Below, piece by piece: positions 38,239 to 47,795 of a DNA stretch of 64,000 nucleotides (position 1 is the first letter of the stretch; each line of letters starts with the position of its first letter). Both the position numbers and the translations under genes were made by a program. Where the stretch lies: NCBI GenBank assembly GCA_016186955.1, contig JACPKP010000003.1, positions 130,290 to 194,289 of the forward strand, written 5' to 3'. Origin of the DNA: Candidatus Daviesbacteria bacterium. GTDB lineage: Bacteria; Patescibacteriota; Microgenomatia; Daviesbacterales; UBA10151. The notes below the pieces were generated by a model that saw only the letters and a list, made by a program, of their open reading frames with translations, was not told where the DNA came from and ran no database searches.

Positions 38239-39154
38239 GCGGGTCAACCTTAATTCCTGGTCCTAGAGTTGGAGAAAGGGTCACTTTTTTAATCTTTGTT
38301 TTACCCACTACATTCAATAGGGTTTTGACATTGGAAGAAAGTTCCGGGACAGGCTGGCTTACTTTCCCTAAACCTAAATGGATAACAGGCGCTAATTTCT
38401 CAGTTTTATACTCAGTTTTTCCACTTTGGAGCTCTGTGACAGCTTTTTTAAGGTCGCTAGTTATAGTGCCGTTTTTAGGGTTTGGCATGAGTCCTCTGGG
38501 TCCCAAAAATTTGGCAACCCTGGCAAGTTTTGGCATCCACTCAGGTGTAGTTACTAAAACATCGAAGTTTATTTTTCCTTCAGAGATCGCGTCAATGCTA
38601 TCCTCGTTACCTATTGCAGCGCCAAGTTCCTCCAATTCTTGTGTTTGTGCCGGGTTTGTCGAAGGGCCGAAGGCCAAAATGGCCAATTTTTTGCCCGAAG
38701 CAAAGGGCAGTGACACCAAACCCCTTAAATTTTTGACGGTAGTGTTAATATGGGCTTCTAAGCTTCCGTCATATTTTGAGTAAGAAGTTTCTTTTGCTAA
38801 ATTTATGGCTTCTTCCAGGGGATAGTTTTTATTCCTGTCCACTTTTTCTAAAGCTTCCCGGTACTTTTTAGACCTTAGTTTGGTTTTTTTGCTTGGTTTT
38901 TGTTTTTTGTCTGCTTTCTTAACCTGTTCTTCCGGTTTGTCATTCTGATTCTGAGCGTTAGTCGAAGAAGCATCTCTTAACTTGTTTAAGTCATCGGAAT
39001 TGCTCGCATTCGCGAGAGATTCCTCGTTATCACTCGGAACGACAACAGAATCTGCGTCAAGTTTGACTCGCTCCTTTTGCTTCGGAACTACTTTTTTCTT
39101 TGGCTTTTCAGCTGGCGTGGAGTCATCTATGACTGTAATTTTTGTCTTACCCAT
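38225..39154 (-). CDS. rplA: Ribosomal protein L1 with a Lys/Asp-rich N-terminal extension of about 95 aa
   Basis: The core KKYREALEKVDRNKNYPLEEAINLAKE ... GKKLAILAFGPS ... is canonical L1. Part of the extension is encoded by a MITE-like repeat copy (38935-39060). Confidence 0.85.
   Translation of the reverse strand: MGKTKITVIDDSTPAEKPKKKVVPKQKERVKLDADSVVVPSDNEESLANASNSDDLNKLRDASSTNAQNQNDKPEEQVKKADKKQKPSKKTKLRSKKYREALEKVDRNKNYPLEEAINLAKETSYSKYDGSLEAHINTTVKNLRGLVSLPFASGKKLAILAFGPSTNPAQTQELEELGAAIGNEDSIDAISEGKINFDVLVTTPEWMPKLARVAKFLGPRGLMPNPKNGTITSDLKKAVTELQSGKTEYKTEKLAPVIHLGLGKVSQPVPELSSNVKTLLNVVGKTKIKKVTLSPTLGPGIKVDPLTAF
38935..39060. repeat. Family-4 MITE-like repeat copy lying in-frame inside the rplA 5' extension
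   Basis: TTGTCATTCTGA..GAGCGTTAGTCGAAGAA..GCTCGCATTCGCGAGAGATTCCTCGTTATCACTCGGAACGACAACAG aligns to the intergenic copy at 62443-62565 (…GAGATTCCTCGTTACACTCGGAATGACAG). Confidence 0.45.
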
Positions 39155-39156
39155 AT

Positions 39157-39585
39157 TTAATTCCCTATTTTTACTCCCATGCTTCTGGCTGTGCCCTCAA
39201 CAATTTTTGCCGCAGCTTCCAGATCAAAGGCGTTTAAATCAGGCATTTTGGCTTTGGCGATCTCCTCAACCTGTGATTTATTTAAAGTCCCTGCAAATTC
39301 TTTGCCTGCTTTGCCTGAGCCTTTTTCAACCCCCAGGGCTTTTTTAATCATCTCTGCCACAGGCGGTTCTTTGGTAATAAAAGAAAAAGTCCGGTCTTCA
39401 AAAACCGTTATCACTACCGGTAAAATATTCCCCTGTTTTTCTTTAGTCTTTTCATTGAAAGCTTTGACAAAGTCCATGATGGGCAGGCCATGCTGTCCCA
39501 AAGCGGGTCCGACAGGAGGCGCAGCAGTAGCTATGCCTGCAGGGATATTTAATTTAATATATGTTTTAATTTTTTTAACAGCCAT
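39157..39585 (-). CDS. rplK: Ribosomal protein L11
   Basis: [44 protein letters not shown]. Confidence 0.9.
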   Translation of the reverse strand: MAVKKIKTYIKLNIPAGIATAAPPVGPALGQHGLPIMDFVKAFNEKTKEKQGNILPVVITVFEDRTFSFITKEPPVAEMIKKALGVEKGSGKAGKEFAGTLNKSQVEEIAKAKMPDLNAFDLEAAAKIVEGTARSMGVKIGN

Positions 39586-39592
39586 AAATTGT

Positions 39593-40435
39593 TTACAGTT
39601 TTGTTATTTGCAAAAAGTCCAGCTCCACCGGTGTTTCCCTGCCAAAAATTGAAACAAGTATCCTAACCTTGCCTTTTTCTTTATCAACCGTATCCACCTT
39701 GCCGATAAAGTCCGCGAATGGGCCATCAATGATTTTGACAGTATCACTGGGCAGGAAAACATCTTTAAAAGTTGGAGCTGCACCCTGAGTCATAAATGTC
39801 ACAATTGACTTGATTTCACTCTCGGGGATTGGCGTAGGTTTATTGCCGATACCAACAAAGGATGTGACTCCCGGAGTTGTGCGTACTGCCAGCCAGGAAT
39901 TATCATCAAGGATCATTTTAACCATTAGATAACCGGGGAAGATCTTCTCTTTAACCCGCTCTTTTTTACCGGCCCTAATCTCAATTTTTTCTTGGGTAGG
40001 CACCAAAATATCCAGGATCTTATTTTCCAGGTGTTCAGATTCGATACGTTGTTTCAAAGCATTGGCTACCCTGTTTTCATGGCCTGAGTAAGTATGGACT
40101 ACATACCATTTTGAACCCGGGATGTCTGTGGAGGACAGATCCTGTGCAGTTTGTTCCTCCGGTTGGGAATCTTCAGCAGGTGTTTCTTCATCCGCAGGAA
40201 TAGAATCTTCAGGTTCAGAGTCTTTGGTGGATGCTTCTTCATCTTCTTCTGGTTCGTCGTCAGAGTTTGTGTCTTCCGCTGATTTTACCTTCAGGGTATC
40301 GCTTTGCGGCTTCTTAGATTCCATCTCAGGAGTATTCTCTTCTACTTCCGCCTTTTCCGCCATTTCCCCAGGCTTGCTTTCCCTGGGCAAATCAGGATCT
40401 GTTTGGTTTATCTTATTTTGGTTGTCATCGCTCAT
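39593..40435 (-). CDS. nusG: Transcription antiterminator NusG with an acidic low-complexity N-terminal extension of about 100 aa
   Basis: The NGN and KOW regions are [15 protein letters not shown] ... FPGYLMVKM ... [40 protein letters not shown]. Confidence 0.85.
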   Translation of the reverse strand: MSDDNQNKINQTDPDLPRESKPGEMAEKAEVEENTPEMESKKPQSDTLKVKSAEDTNSDDEPEEDEEASTKDSEPEDSIPADEETPAEDSQPEEQTAQDLSSTDIPGSKWYVVHTYSGHENRVANALKQRIESEHLENKILDILVPTQEKIEIRAGKKERVKEKIFPGYLMVKMILDDNSWLAVRTTPGVTSFVGIGNKPTPIPESEIKSIVTFMTQGAAPTFKDVFLPSDTVKIIDGPFADFIGKVDTVDKEKGKVRILVSIFGRETPVELDFLQITKL

Positions 40436-40436
40436 A

Positions 40437-40637
40437 TTATTTTGTTATTGCCAACTGTGTCAGCTGGGCCAGTAAATAATCGATGCCGCCTATGAAAAAA
40501 CCTACCCCCAGTGTCACAAGAATTACGATCACAGTAAGTTTAAGTGTCTCATCTTTGGTTGGCCAGACAACTTTCTCAAGTTCCGCTCTAACCTCTTTTA
40601 AAAAAGTGACAGCCTTCATTTTAATTAAAGCCTCCAT
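40437..40637 (-). CDS. secE: Preprotein translocase SecE (ATG at 40637 preferred; the ORF track extends into a repeat)
   Basis: MEALIKMKAVTFLKEVRAELEKVVWPTKDETLKLTVIVILVTLGVGFFIGGIDYLL. It sits immediately upstream of nusG. Confidence 0.65.
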   Translation of the reverse strand: MEALIKMKAVTFLKEVRAELEKVVWPTKDETLKLTVIVILVTLGVGFFIGGIDYLLAQLTQLAITK

Positions 40638-40694
40638 TTTTGGAGGCCTTTTGTCAAGTATAGCAAAAAAAATAGGGTACCGCAACAACCAAGA

Positions 40695-40800
40695 TGGTAA
40701 GAGTTCAGTTTTCTCCGGTAATACCACCTTCCAGGAGTCAGGGCCCACCTGGAAGGTGGTCGTATGGACTCCTTCCAGGTGAGTGCTGGCAAGCACTAAT
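40695..40800. repeat. Family-1 GC-rich palindromic repeat (two nested copies)
   Basis: CACCTTCCAGGAGTCAGGGCCCACCTGGAAGGTGGTCGTATGGACTCCTTCCAGGTGAGTGC. The reverse complement matches GCTCACCTGGAAGGAGTCCAT at 12222. Confidence 0.5.
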
Positions 40801-42040
40801 GAGTTACCCTAAATGGGATTTTTCTTAAGATAATAAAGCTTAAGATTACAAACAGTCCCATACTAAACATCCCTATTCTGTATCTACTGGATCCAATGCT
40901 TGTTAAAAAAGTCACAATAATTCTCCAAACCAAAGGCCCTAAAAAAGTGGAGAAGCGCTCCATTAGGGCATAATAACTAAAAGAACTACTTAATTTTTCC
41001 TCTGGAGAAAGGTAGGACAATATAGACCTTAAAATAGGATAAGTTGCCCCACCCAAAAAACCTACTAAGATTGCAAAAGCCCAAAAAATTGTAAAGTCAG
41101 GAGCTAAACTAAAAAATGGAATAACTAAAATCCAAATACCCATTAAAACAACTAAAGTTTTTTTCAAGCCTTTTTTATCTGCTAAATAACCAATTATTAT
41201 AGAACCAATTACTGAGGCTAAAAGTGCTGTGATAGAAAAAATTGCCTTAAGTTTATCATTAACCTGATAAACTTGTTGCAGATAAATAGGGTAATTGTTT
41301 TGCAGTGTTAAAACTGCATCAGTAAAGAAAAAGTAACCCAGTAAAAACCTACCCATGCCAGGAATCTTAATGAGAGTTTTAAAATTATCAAAATACTTTT
41401 GATATTCTTGCTTTATGCTAATTTTAGCCTGAGTCGAGTGGACTTTTTCTTTAAAAAGAAAAAGCATGGGCAAAGAAAAAAGAAAAAACAAAATAATTGA
41501 AGGCAAAAAAGTTTGGGGTCTGCCAGGGTTGCCAAACAGGTAAATTGCCCCAGTTGCAAAAGGCAATGTTACTAAAAGCCCCACTATCTGGCCTAACCAA
41601 CCTGCCCCACCGCCTAGCCCTGAGACAAAACCTCTTTTTTCTAATTTGGCCAATTGAGGAAACAAAGCATAATAAAAAACCAGGGAGAATTGATAAAGAT
41701 AGTTTGTCAAAAGAAAGAAAAAAGCAGCCAGAGTAATAATGGTTGTACTGGTCTTAAAAAATAAAGTTAAAAAGGCAGTTATTAAAATTGTCATAATCAT
41801 TGAGACTGTTAATATCTTTAAAAAAGGGAGTTTAATACCTTTTTGATCAGAGATAGCGCCTAAAACCGGGCTGGTTAATATTAAAAGCACTGAAGCTATT
41901 ACAAAAATTAAGTTGTAATAAAAGTCAGAAACATGGTTTTCTATAACCAGCCACTGGGAAAAGTAAAGCGCAAAAACAATCACTGGAAATGAATTGGCAA
42001 AATCATAAAGGGCCCAGTAGAAAATATCCTTTTTTTGCAT
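40796..42040 (-). CDS. MFS transporter
   Basis: 414 aa with about 12 TM helices. The N-terminal motif YWALYDFANSFPVIVFALYFSQW and a central charged loop are present. Confidence 0.65.
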   Translation of the reverse strand: MQKKDIFYWALYDFANSFPVIVFALYFSQWLVIENHVSDFYYNLIFVIASVLLILTSPVLGAISDQKGIKLPFLKILTVSMIMTILITAFLTLFFKTSTTIITLAAFFFLLTNYLYQFSLVFYYALFPQLAKLEKRGFVSGLGGGAGWLGQIVGLLVTLPFATGAIYLFGNPGRPQTFLPSIILFFLFSLPMLFLFKEKVHSTQAKISIKQEYQKYFDNFKTLIKIPGMGRFLLGYFFFTDAVLTLQNNYPIYLQQVYQVNDKLKAIFSITALLASVIGSIIIGYLADKKGLKKTLVVLMGIWILVIPFFSLAPDFTIFWAFAILVGFLGGATYPILRSILSYLSPEEKLSSSFSYYALMERFSTFLGPLVWRIIVTFLTSIGSSRYRIGMFSMGLFVILSFIILRKIPFRVTH

Positions 42041-42141
42041 ATGTTCAAATTATATCTTAGCCAAAAAAGTAAGCAAGCTTTTAAACAAAGATAAATAAAT
42101 TTAAATAATAATTGACAATTTGAGGCTAATACTGTATAAAG

Positions 42142-42932
42142 ATGTTGCTAGAAAAAAGCAACATTATGGATAATTTAGAAATCTTGGGCGTTTCTTCTAA
42201 AGAACGAGCTATTTTAGAGGCTATCTTTAAAGTAGAATTAATTAATGCTACCGATCTGGCCAAATCTACTAATACAAAAAGAGGCTCAATTTACCTTTAT
42301 TTAGAAAACTTAAAACAACAGAGGTTAATCATTGAAGTTGAGAAAGCGGACAAAAGTTATACCGCTGCGTCAGTGCAAGGCAGCTTGGTAAGGTTATCCA
42401 GTCAAAGATAGGCCAACTCAAAATCCTTAAAAAATCCCTATTACAAAAGATTAAAGCTAGTAAATTATCAAAAAACAACCAGTTAGGCCAAATCTCAATT
42501 TATAAAGGCAAATTGGGTTTGAATATGATTATGGAAGATATCGCCCAAAATCAAGGGGATACCTATTTACTGGGCTCAGCTAAAGTCTTTTATAAATTTA
42601 TGAAAGATGAACCATGGGGACAAAGATATAACAAAAAAAGAAGGTTAAAAAATTTAGGCCAAGATTATATGATTACAGATTGGGCAGAAAAAACTATTAA
42701 ATCTTTTTATGAGGAAAGCGGTATTTTTTTAAAAAGAAGATTTTTACCTCCAGACTTTAAATTAAATGGAGGTTTTGCAATTTATGGAGATAAAATTGCT
42801 ATCGGAGTCTTCACGGATGAGGTTAATGTTTTAGTAATAAAAGAACCAACCCTAACTCAACTTTTTACCTATTTATTTCAATTACTCTGGAAAGATTTAG
42901 AAGGTAAAAATATTCCAGCCCCTATTCAGTAA
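42142..42932 (+). pseudogene. TrmB-family winged-helix regulator split by a frameshift (ORFs 42142-42411 and 42513-42932). Alternatively two genes.
   Basis: N-terminus NLEILGVSSKERAILEAIFKVELINATDLAKSTNTKRGSIYLYLENLKQQRLI is a TrmB HTH. Frame 0 upstream of 42513 reads …LQKIKASKLSKNNQLGQISIYKGKLGLNMIMEDIA… with no stop and overlaps the end of the first ORF in another frame. Confidence 0.35.
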
Positions 42933-43156
42933 TCCAGCCTCCCAGGCTTGGGAGTCATTTAGACTCCCGTCCGCACTTCGTGCAGGACGGCCTTGCGAAG
43001 CTAAATTTAACTGTCTAACTAAACTCATTTAACTCGAGTTTGCAACTCTTGTTAAACGATTTTGAACCCAAAATACTTTTTGATTAGACTCAAATTGGAA
43101 TATTTTGAGTATAGAATGCTATGAAATTGATACCATCTGTATTTTCTTCAACAGTA

Positions 43157-43868
43157 TAACTTGTTACACCTCGGAGGTGTGATATAATCGCCCAATGCCT
43201 TATCGCCAAACACCATTTATAAATCAAAACTTTTACCATATATTTAACCGCGGTGTTGAAAAACGGATTATTTTCTTAACGCAAGATGATTATGACCGGT
43301 TTTTTCAAACAATTTACTACTATCAATTCAGCGGCCCTAAACCTAGATTTTCTACACACAGGCGTTTTCGTTTTAAGGATTTTCATAAAAATCCCAAAAT
43401 AGTTGAAATTATTGTGTTTTGTTTTATGCCAAATCATTTTCACCTACTTATCAGGCAGATAAGAGATGGTGGGATTGTGGAATTTATGTCGAAAGTCTTA
43501 AACGGTTATACAAAATATTTCAATACCAAACATAGACGAGTTGGAGCTTTATTCCAAGGCCAATTCAAGGCTGTTATGATAGAAACGGATGAGCAGCTTT
43601 TACATGTTTCAAGATATATTCATTTAAATCCTTATGTTGCCGAACTAACAAAAGATTTGGCAGATTTTTCTAATTCTTCTTACAAAGAGTATGTTACATT
43701 AGGGGGTCAGGGAATATGTGTTAAAGAGCATATTTTAAATTTTTTTAAAAACTCTATGCATTACCAAAAATTTATTAATGATTATGAAGATTATGCCTTA
43801 AGGCTAAAAAGAATTGAGCATTTACTTATTGATATAGAATAACTTGTTACACCTCCGAGGTGTGATAT
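43157..43868 (+). mobile_element. IS200/IS605-family (RAYT-like) element: HUH Y1 transposase flanked by 30-nt hairpin repeats
   Basis: The flanks TAACTTGTTACACCTCGGAGGTGTGATATA (43157-43186) and TAACTTGTTACACCTCCGAGGTGTGATATA (43840-43868) are identical except for a flipped loop centre (CGGA/CCGA). Confidence 0.7.
43195..43842 (+). CDS. tnpA: IS200-like/REP-associated tyrosine transposase (HUH endonuclease)
   Basis: FMPNHFHLLI (HuH motif) and HVSRYIHLNPY (catalytic Tyr region). 215 aa, the long RAYT-like form. Confidence 0.8.
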   Translation: MPYRQTPFINQNFYHIFNRGVEKRIIFLTQDDYDRFFQTIYYYQFSGPKPRFSTHRRFRFKDFHKNPKIVEIIVFCFMPNHFHLLIRQIRDGGIVEFMSKVLNGYTKYFNTKHRRVGALFQGQFKAVMIETDEQLLHVSRYIHLNPYVAELTKDLADFSNSSYKEYVTLGGQGICVKEHILNFFKNSMHYQKFINDYEDYALRLKRIEHLLIDIE

Positions 43869-43886
43869 AGGTGTTATAATCCATTT

Positions 43887-44291
43887 GTGACAAAACATCT
43901 GGCGGTATTTTCAAAAGAAGCAGTGCAGAGGATTTTTGAGGGGAAAAAAACAGTAGAATCTCGTTTTTCCCAGCATAAAATAGCGCCTTTCGGATCGGTA
44001 GGGAAAGGTGACTTGGTTTATATCAAGCCTGCCGGAGGTGAGATCGCCGGGCAGTTTTTGGTCAAAAAGGTGATTTCGTTTGAAAATTTGGATGGGAGTG
44101 ATTGGCAGATAATCAGATTTCACTTTGGGAAAAAACTTTCTTTGGGTAATAAAGGGCTGGATGATAAATTTTTTAAAATCCACAAAGATGCAAAATATGG
44201 TACACTGATTTTTATTGACAGGGTTGAACAGTTCATTACCTCGCCAATTAAAATCTCCAAAAAAGACCAGCGGGGTTGGATGGTGCTTTAA
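43887..44291 (+). CDS. ASCH (PUA-like) domain protein
   Basis: FEGKKTVESRFSQHKIAPFGSVGKGDLVYIK matches the ASCH N-terminal pattern (..sGkKtiEvR). Confidence 0.45.
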   Translation: MTKHLAVFSKEAVQRIFEGKKTVESRFSQHKIAPFGSVGKGDLVYIKPAGGEIAGQFLVKKVISFENLDGSDWQIIRFHFGKKLSLGNKGLDDKFFKIHKDAKYGTLIFIDRVEQFITSPIKISKKDQRGWMVL

Positions 44292-44313
44292 GAAATATGA
44301 GATAATAGGATTC

Positions 44314-45036
44314 ATGGATCATCAGGGGTACACATTAAAAGATATTGTTGGCATCCTATTTTTAATCATTATTTTTGCCCTGATTCCCTTAGGGGTTTAT
44401 TTAATATCCAAACAGACAGTTTTTTTTAGTAAAGCGGATGTCAATATCACACCTGCTAAGGTAAAGGTGACTAATATCTCTGAAAATTCCCTCACAATCA
44501 CCTGGCTGACAGAGGGGAAACCTGCATCAGGTTTTGTAAGTTTTGGCAATACCCCTGAATTGGGTAACAGTTTATTTGATGATAGGGATAGGGATGCACG
44601 GGTGTCCAGGTTTACCCATCATGTAACTTTGAAAAATTTGGATCCGCAAACAAAATATTATTTTAAAATTGGCTCTTCCGGGGCGCTGTTTGACAATAAT
44701 GGCTTGCCTTTTGAAGCTGCAACTGCACCTTTGAGCAATACAGCGTTGCCTCTTTTGAAATCCATTGGCGGGAAAGCCGCAAAACAAGATGGGTCAATCT
44801 TGGATGAAGGGATAGTTTATCTGACGACCGATGACGGTTATGCCATGTCTGCTGTTGTAAGAGGCGATAACTGGTCAATAGTTTTGAGCAAGGCCAGGAC
44901 TGTTGATCTGTTGGGATATAAAGAACTTGAGGAAGTAAGTGATATTAAATTAATGCTGCAAACAGGCCAAAGCGGTAGCGCTATTAAAACAGTTAATTTA
45001 AACAGTGACCCCAAAGAATTTAACCTGTCACTTTAG
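44314..45036 (+). CDS. Membrane-anchored protein with an FN3/purple-acid-phosphatase-N-like beta domain (internal Met start preferred)
   Basis: TM ILFLIIIFALIPLGVYLI, then ITWLTEGKPASGFVSFGNTPELGN ... TKYYFKIGSSG. Confidence 0.4.
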   Translation: MDHQGYTLKDIVGILFLIIIFALIPLGVYLISKQTVFFSKADVNITPAKVKVTNISENSLTITWLTEGKPASGFVSFGNTPELGNSLFDDRDRDARVSRFTHHVTLKNLDPQTKYYFKIGSSGALFDNNGLPFEAATAPLSNTALPLLKSIGGKAAKQDGSILDEGIVYLTTDDGYAMSAVVRGDNWSIVLSKARTVDLLGYKELEEVSDIKLMLQTGQSGSAIKTVNLNSDPKEFNLSL

Positions 45037-46330
45037 GGTATAATACTTCTTCCGCCTGGACTGTGTGTCCTAAGAATCTTAAAAGATGATGATAAATGCC
45101 GTTGGTTTTGATAATCTCTGCATATACTTTGCTTGAGGGGCGGAGAGTTCTTTTTTGGGTTTGATAGTCAATTTCCACCAGTCCGAACCTTGGTTCAAAG
45201 CCATTCGCCCATTCGAAATTATCTATTAGCGACCAGTGGAAATAACCTTTAACCTCAACCCCTGCTTCAATGGCATGGTAAATTTCCTTAAGGTAAGCGA
45301 TTAAAAACCTGCACCGGCGGTCATCATTGGTGGTGGCAATGCCATTTTCAGTAATATAAATAGGCAGTTTATAATCTGCAAAATCCATCAGGACATCAAA
45401 AATGCCTTCGGGATATATCTCCCAGCCCATGTCGGATACATCTTTTTTAGAAATAGAGATATCAGCAACAGGTGGAAATACAGTGTGCTTCTTATCATAG
45501 CTAAAATTCTGGTTAAAATAATAGTTGAGTCCTAAAAAATCATGGTATTTATTGCCGGTTAACTTATAAAACAGATGGTTGCCGAATGAATCTGTTGCCC
45601 AAACAGTCAGCGCTTCAATGATGGAATGTTTATGGTAAAAACCAAGCGAGGCCACGTTACAGGCAGCGCCGACCCTGCTTGTCGGGGTCAGTTTATGGAT
45701 CCAGTTGTAAGCTTTTTTATGGGCTTTTGCCATATTCCACAAAACCTTAAGAGCCAACCATTTGCTTTTTTTCTGTGGAGGCCATACACCTAAAAAGTAA
45801 CAGTTATAAGCATATACATTTGGCTCATTGATAGTGATCCATAAATCAACATACTCCTGCAATTCGGGGACGATTTTTTTAACAAACCGCTCAAAATAAA
45901 ATACAACTTTTCCATTTTTCCATCCACCCTTATCAGCCAGCCACTTAGGGTTTGTAAAATGGTGGAGGGTTAGCATAACTGTAAATCCCTTATCTTTTAG
46001 TGCTTTTAAAACCTGAACGTAGTGGTCAATAGCCGGTTGGTCAAATTCACCTTCTTTGGGTTCAATCCTGGCCCACTCAATGCTGAGCCGGTGGGCGTTA
46101 TGGTTTAAGTTTTTTGCCAGTTCAAAATCCTCTGCGTAGCGGTTGTATTGGTCACATGCCAACCCTGAACGCTTTTCCGGGGGCTGGTTTTTTTGTTCGA
46201 AATCCCACCAGTCGCTATTGACATTGTTTCCCTCTACCTGATGGGCGCTGGTGGCTGCGCCCCAAAGGAAACCTTCAGGGAAAAACAGTGTTGTATGGTC
46301 ATGTTTTACTTTTTGGGGATTACCTGGCAT
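45020..46330 (-). CDS. Glycoside hydrolase family 1 beta-glucosidase
   Basis: WITINEPNVYA (acid/base NEP) and YITENGIAT (nucleophile ENG). 436 aa. Confidence 0.85.
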   Translation of the reverse strand: MPGNPQKVKHDHTTLFFPEGFLWGAATSAHQVEGNNVNSDWWDFEQKNQPPEKRSGLACDQYNRYAEDFELAKNLNHNAHRLSIEWARIEPKEGEFDQPAIDHYVQVLKALKDKGFTVMLTLHHFTNPKWLADKGGWKNGKVVFYFERFVKKIVPELQEYVDLWITINEPNVYAYNCYFLGVWPPQKKSKWLALKVLWNMAKAHKKAYNWIHKLTPTSRVGAACNVASLGFYHKHSIIEALTVWATDSFGNHLFYKLTGNKYHDFLGLNYYFNQNFSYDKKHTVFPPVADISISKKDVSDMGWEIYPEGIFDVLMDFADYKLPIYITENGIATTNDDRRCRFLIAYLKEIYHAIEAGVEVKGYFHWSLIDNFEWANGFEPRFGLVEIDYQTQKRTLRPSSKVYAEIIKTNGIYHHLLRFLGHTVQAEEVLYPKVTG

Positions 46331-46336
46331 AAAGTT

Positions 46337-46921
46337 TTAGGGGCTTAAGATTGCATAACCGTTGTCATTTACACTCGTCGGATCACCGAATATTTTTGTG
46401 CCGTCGCAGTAAGTATAAGTTTTTTGGATGTTTGCATCTTTGTCATTGGCATTCTCAAGTGTTGTCACTAAAACATAATAATTTCCTGCTGGAGTTGTGG
46501 GGCAGGAACCGCCGGTTAAACCGCTTTTAAATCCATATGCGTAACCTTTGTTTGGTCCTGTTGTTGGATTACCACCATTACTGCTAGGGTCTATTGGTAT
46601 CTGGTTAATATAAGTTGTGTCCAGGGCTTTTTGAGTATTTGTAGCAAAACCTTGACAAGGGGAGATATTATAGTTTATGTCATTAATCCAGTTGCTAGTG
46701 GCAGATGAACTTAAATTCCATACGTTTGCACAGGGGTATCTGCCGTTTGCCTGTTTGTAAAGTTCCAAAGCTACTGCAAGCGCCCTTAAATCATTTTTTC
46801 TTCGTGCATCCCTTGAGACAATTTGTGAGGGGCCATAAACAGTAAAACCGATGGCAGCACTAACACTCATTATCAGGACAGCTATCAAAAGCTCAACTAA
46901 AGTAAAGCCTTTTGTTTTCAT
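46337..46921 (-). CDS. Type IV pilin/pseudopilin (prepilin N-terminal methylation motif)
   Basis: MKTKGFTLVELLIAVLIMSVSAAIGF. The class III signal GFTLVE. Confidence 0.65.
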   Translation of the reverse strand: MKTKGFTLVELLIAVLIMSVSAAIGFTVYGPSQIVSRDARRKNDLRALAVALELYKQANGRYPCANVWNLSSSATSNWINDINYNISPCQGFATNTQKALDTTYINQIPIDPSSNGGNPTTGPNKGYAYGFKSGLTGGSCPTTPAGNYYVLVTTLENANDKDANIQKTYTYCDGTKIFGDPTSVNDNGYAILSP

Positions 46922-46957
46922 GGCAGTAATATAAAGATACAATGTTTGGGGTTCCTC

Positions 46958-47015
46958 AAGCAACACCCGATTTTAAATCTAACCTCCCAGGCACAAAAGG
47001 CGTCCCCTTGCGAGG
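46958..47015. repeat. 50-nt conserved intergenic repeat, copy 1 (CCCAGGCACAAAAGGCGTCCCCTTGCGAGGCTAGC)
   Basis: Near-identical copy at 49728-49790. Both lie immediately 3' of an ABC-2 permease gene. Confidence 0.5.
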
Positions 47016-47795
47016 CTAGCTGCTGGTGCTTTGATATTGTTTTAGGGAATAACTCCAGAATTTTAATGATAAAAAGAGTAATGCCAGCCCGATGATAATT
47101 GAGACGGCAATAAATTGCCCTGACAGTAACCCCATTAAAGCTTTGGGCGGGAAGGTCATCATAATCCCCAAAGGTATGGCAAATGTCAGCAAGGACCTGA
47201 TTGGTTCTATATAAATATCTACAGGGATCCTTGCCATACTTGATAAGTCCCGATAAACCATAATCAGGTGGTCAATTGAGGTGGTGAGTATCCCTATGCC
47301 CAAAACAAAGATATGGAAAGCTGCGGCAATCAAAAGCCCATTTAAAACCATCAAAGCATAAAAAAGCCACTGGGATATTGACGGATGAAAACTTACAGCA
47401 GCAAACCAGATGCTGAAGAAGGTAATTAAAATTAACATAAAAAGATCCAGAATGTCAGCCCCACCCAAAAGCACCCTGATTAAAGGGTTGAGCGGTCTGG
47501 CCAGGACAAAATCAAAATTTCCGGAAACAATCAGTTCCCTGAACCGGTAAACCTCTCTAAATAAAAGTTGTGCGGCAGAATCTGCCAGGTTGAAGGAGAG
47601 ATAAAAAAAGATGATCTGTTCCCTTGAATATCCAGCCAGCCCTTTTGACCCTTGGACTAGAAAGTTTAAAAAAATTAAAAAAAGAGTGATCCTTAAAAAC
47701 TTGCCTAATAAAAAAATTACCACAGACATTTTATTGTAAAGGGTCTGCTCGAAAGAATTAATTGTATATTTAATCCAGATTTTAAACTCTCTCAT
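47016..47795 (-). CDS. ABC-2 family transporter permease (paralogue of 49768-50556)
   Basis: Six TM helices. Operon with the ATPase gene. Confidence 0.55.
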   Translation of the reverse strand: MREFKIWIKYTINSFEQTLYNKMSVVIFLLGKFLRITLFLIFLNFLVQGSKGLAGYSREQIIFFYLSFNLADSAAQLLFREVYRFRELIVSGNFDFVLARPLNPLIRVLLGGADILDLFMLILITFFSIWFAAVSFHPSISQWLFYALMVLNGLLIAAAFHIFVLGIGILTTSIDHLIMVYRDLSSMARIPVDIYIEPIRSLLTFAIPLGIMMTFPPKALMGLLSGQFIAVSIIIGLALLFLSLKFWSYSLKQYQSTSS

